This document shows positions 62,201-64,000 of a stretch of DNA of 64,000 nt, one piece after another. The notes below the pieces were generated by a model. That model did not search any database. It worked only from the letters and a program-made list of their open reading frames with translations, and was not told where the DNA came from. The DNA is taken from NCBI GenBank assembly GCA_014905635.1, contig JABVCE010000011.1, positions 496,001 to 560,000 of the forward strand. Reading direction: 5' to 3'. Within the stretch, counting starts at the first letter, position 1, and every line of letters begins with the position of its first letter. This stretch comes from Scenedesmus sp. PABB004. Taxonomy: Eukaryota. Both the position numbers and the translations under genes were made by a program.

Positions 62201-63679
62201 ACCACTCAATCACTCACTCACTCACTCAATCAACCAAATGCACACGCCAGGCCGACATGCCGTTCCCGATCGACTTCAACTCCGAGCTCGGCACCGTGGG
62301 CCTCTCCAACGTCCTCGTCGGCCTCAGCGGCGCCGGCTACACCGGCAGGCGAGCGGGGGGCGGGGGAGCGCGGCGCTGGCTCTCTCGACACGCCCCTTTT
62401 CAAACCTCTCGCTAAAACTCCCCTTTCACACCCCCCTTCCACCCCCCCCCCCCCCTCAAACCGTTCCCACAGCTACATCTTCTCCCAGACCATCTTCTCC
62501 ATGCGCGCCGGCGTGTCGGGCGTGGCGCACGGCGCGATCATCGCGGGCCTCGAGGCGGCCATCTTCCTGCTGCCCTTCTCGGGTGCGTGCGCGCGGGGCG
62601 CTCAAGGGTTGAGCAGGGTTTTGTTGACTGGGCGCCCCTGGCTTGCGTCAGCGCCTCGGCTCCACAAACCACGCGCGCACACAGTCTCACGCGCCCCGCT
62701 CGCCCGTCCCTCCCTGCCACATGACCACTGACGCAGTGGTGCAGTACCTGCCCAACTTCTTCTTCGGCGCGCTGCTGACCGTGTTTGGCATCGAGATCGC
62801 GGGAGACTGGCTCATCCGCTCATACGCCAAGGCGCGGCGCGCTCTCGCTCTCTCTCCCTCTCCCTCTCTCTCTCTCTCTGTGTCTCTCTCTCTCTCTCCC
62901 TATCTCTCTCCCTCTCTTCTCTCTTGCCCGCTAGCGCCCACGCGCGCGCTCACACCACCTGCACCGCCCTCGCACCCCCCCACACACACGCACACACACG
63001 CACACGCGCACACCCAGGTGACGCGGGAGGAGTACCTGCTGCTGCTGGCCACCTTCCTGGCCATCATGCAGCTCGAGCTCGAGCGCGGCGTCGCGGCGGG
63101 CATGCTGCTCTGCGCGACATACTTTTGCGTGACATACGCACGGGTGCGCCTGCGTGGGTGTGCATGCGCGCGTGCGTGCGTGCACGTGTGCGTGCGTGCG
63201 TGCGTGCGTGCCTGCGTGCGTGCGCGTGTGCGTGCATGCGTGTGTGCGTGCCTGCGTGCGCGTGTGCGCGCGCACGCGCGTGTGTATCGAGGCGGGCCCG
63301 TTCCCGGGCTGGCCGGGGGCGCAACAACGCCCGACCCCGCCGCCGCTGCCACGCGCGCTGCCCGCCCGCCCGCAGGCCAACATGGCCGCGTTCGCCGTGC
63401 TGCCCACGCGCTCTGCGGCGGTGCGCGCACGCGCCCGCAGCCCGCACACTCTCACCGCCGGCGCCTCGTCCCTCCCAACCCCTAAACCCTAAACCATCTG
63501 TCGTCCCTCCCTCCCTCCCTCCCTCCCTCCCTAAACCGCCCCTCCCTAAACCGCCGCCTGCCTGCCAGGTGCGGTCGTACCACGAGAGCCACGTGCTCGA
63601 GGTCGTCGCCAACCGCCTCGCCACGGTCGCGCTGAGCGGGTTCATGTTCTTCGGCTCGAGCGTGCTCATGAGCAGCAAG
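59251..63679 (+). CDS. SulP/SLC26-family transporter (non-canonical type, STAS domain beginning); at least 16 exons, continues beyond the window
   Basis: VIYGIINAVVGIPTMISFAAIV, VHQAVFT..STLPFAVGQPQDVGLIFLSAMA, LVQYVPLPVVGGYLGYVG, FGSCLDVAAIQ, DFNSELGTVGLSN, GYTGSYIFSQTIF, YLPNFFFGALL, LSGFMFFGSS. Five GC donors; apparent +1 C in the run at 59669-59674. Confidence 0.9.
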
Positions 63680-63890
63680 GTGGGCGCGGCGGCGCACAGC
63701 GTGGCGCTTGCCTCGCTTCGCGCAGTCAAACTGATTGTGTTTGTTTGACCGCGTGGTTGACCGCGTGCTCATGAGCAGCAAGGCGAGCGCAGCGCCGCGA
63801 CAGCGGCGGCGCGCGGTGGCACACTCGCGCAGTCAAACTGATCATGTTCAAATTGTTTGACCGCGTGTTTGACCGCGTGTTTGACTGAGT
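63661..63890 (+). repeat. Tandem duplication of an exon end plus splice donor, with (TTTGACCGCGTG)n-like repeats
   Basis: cgtgctcatgagcagcaag at 63661 and 63764, each followed by cgcgcagtcaaactgat...tttgaccgcgtg. Confidence 0.85.
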
Positions 63891-64000
63891 GTTTCGCTGG
63901 CCATGCCGCGCCGCGCGCCGCGGCGGAGAGCGGGGCGCGCGGGCGCCGCGCCGTGCGCGCCCGCGCCGCCGCGCCGGCGGCCGAGCGTGCGGGCCGCCGC

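Overview
This is very GC-rich eukaryotic nuclear DNA with short spliceosomal introns, TGTAA poly(A) signals and TTTAGGG-type telomere motifs. These traits fit a chlorophyte green alga, probably Sphaeropleales (inference). Most long ORFs in the six-frame track are GC-content artefacts, so genes were rebuilt by hand from exons and splice sites. Housekeeping genes: Furry/MOR2-PAG1 C-terminus, thylakoid lumen 17.9 kDa-like protein, succinyl-CoA ligase beta, a RING-CH protein, proteasome alpha7, REI1, a SNF5-like protein and a SulP/SLC26 transporter. They are interleaved with signal-peptide-bearing enzymes, several bacterial-like: two choloylglycine hydrolase/penicillin V acylase paralogs, a dirigent-like protein, an arylsulfatase with a non-canonical CAQTR motif, a bicovalent-FAD BBE-like oxidase, and a secreted-type guanine deaminase amplified three times head-to-head with the oxidase. 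The 35.4-58.6 kb region is a rearrangement hotspot whose history can be read from its junctions: a segmental duplication, a deletion, a target-site-like footprint, unequal crossing-over, a palindrome cluster and template-switch scars. Other highlights: about 19 of about 115 introns use GC-AG donors, always after an exonic AG; two tandem paralogs differ by one precisely absent intron; and an F-box/LRR-like gene family sits between direct repeats like a mobile cassette. All family assignments come from motif recognition; no database searches were run.
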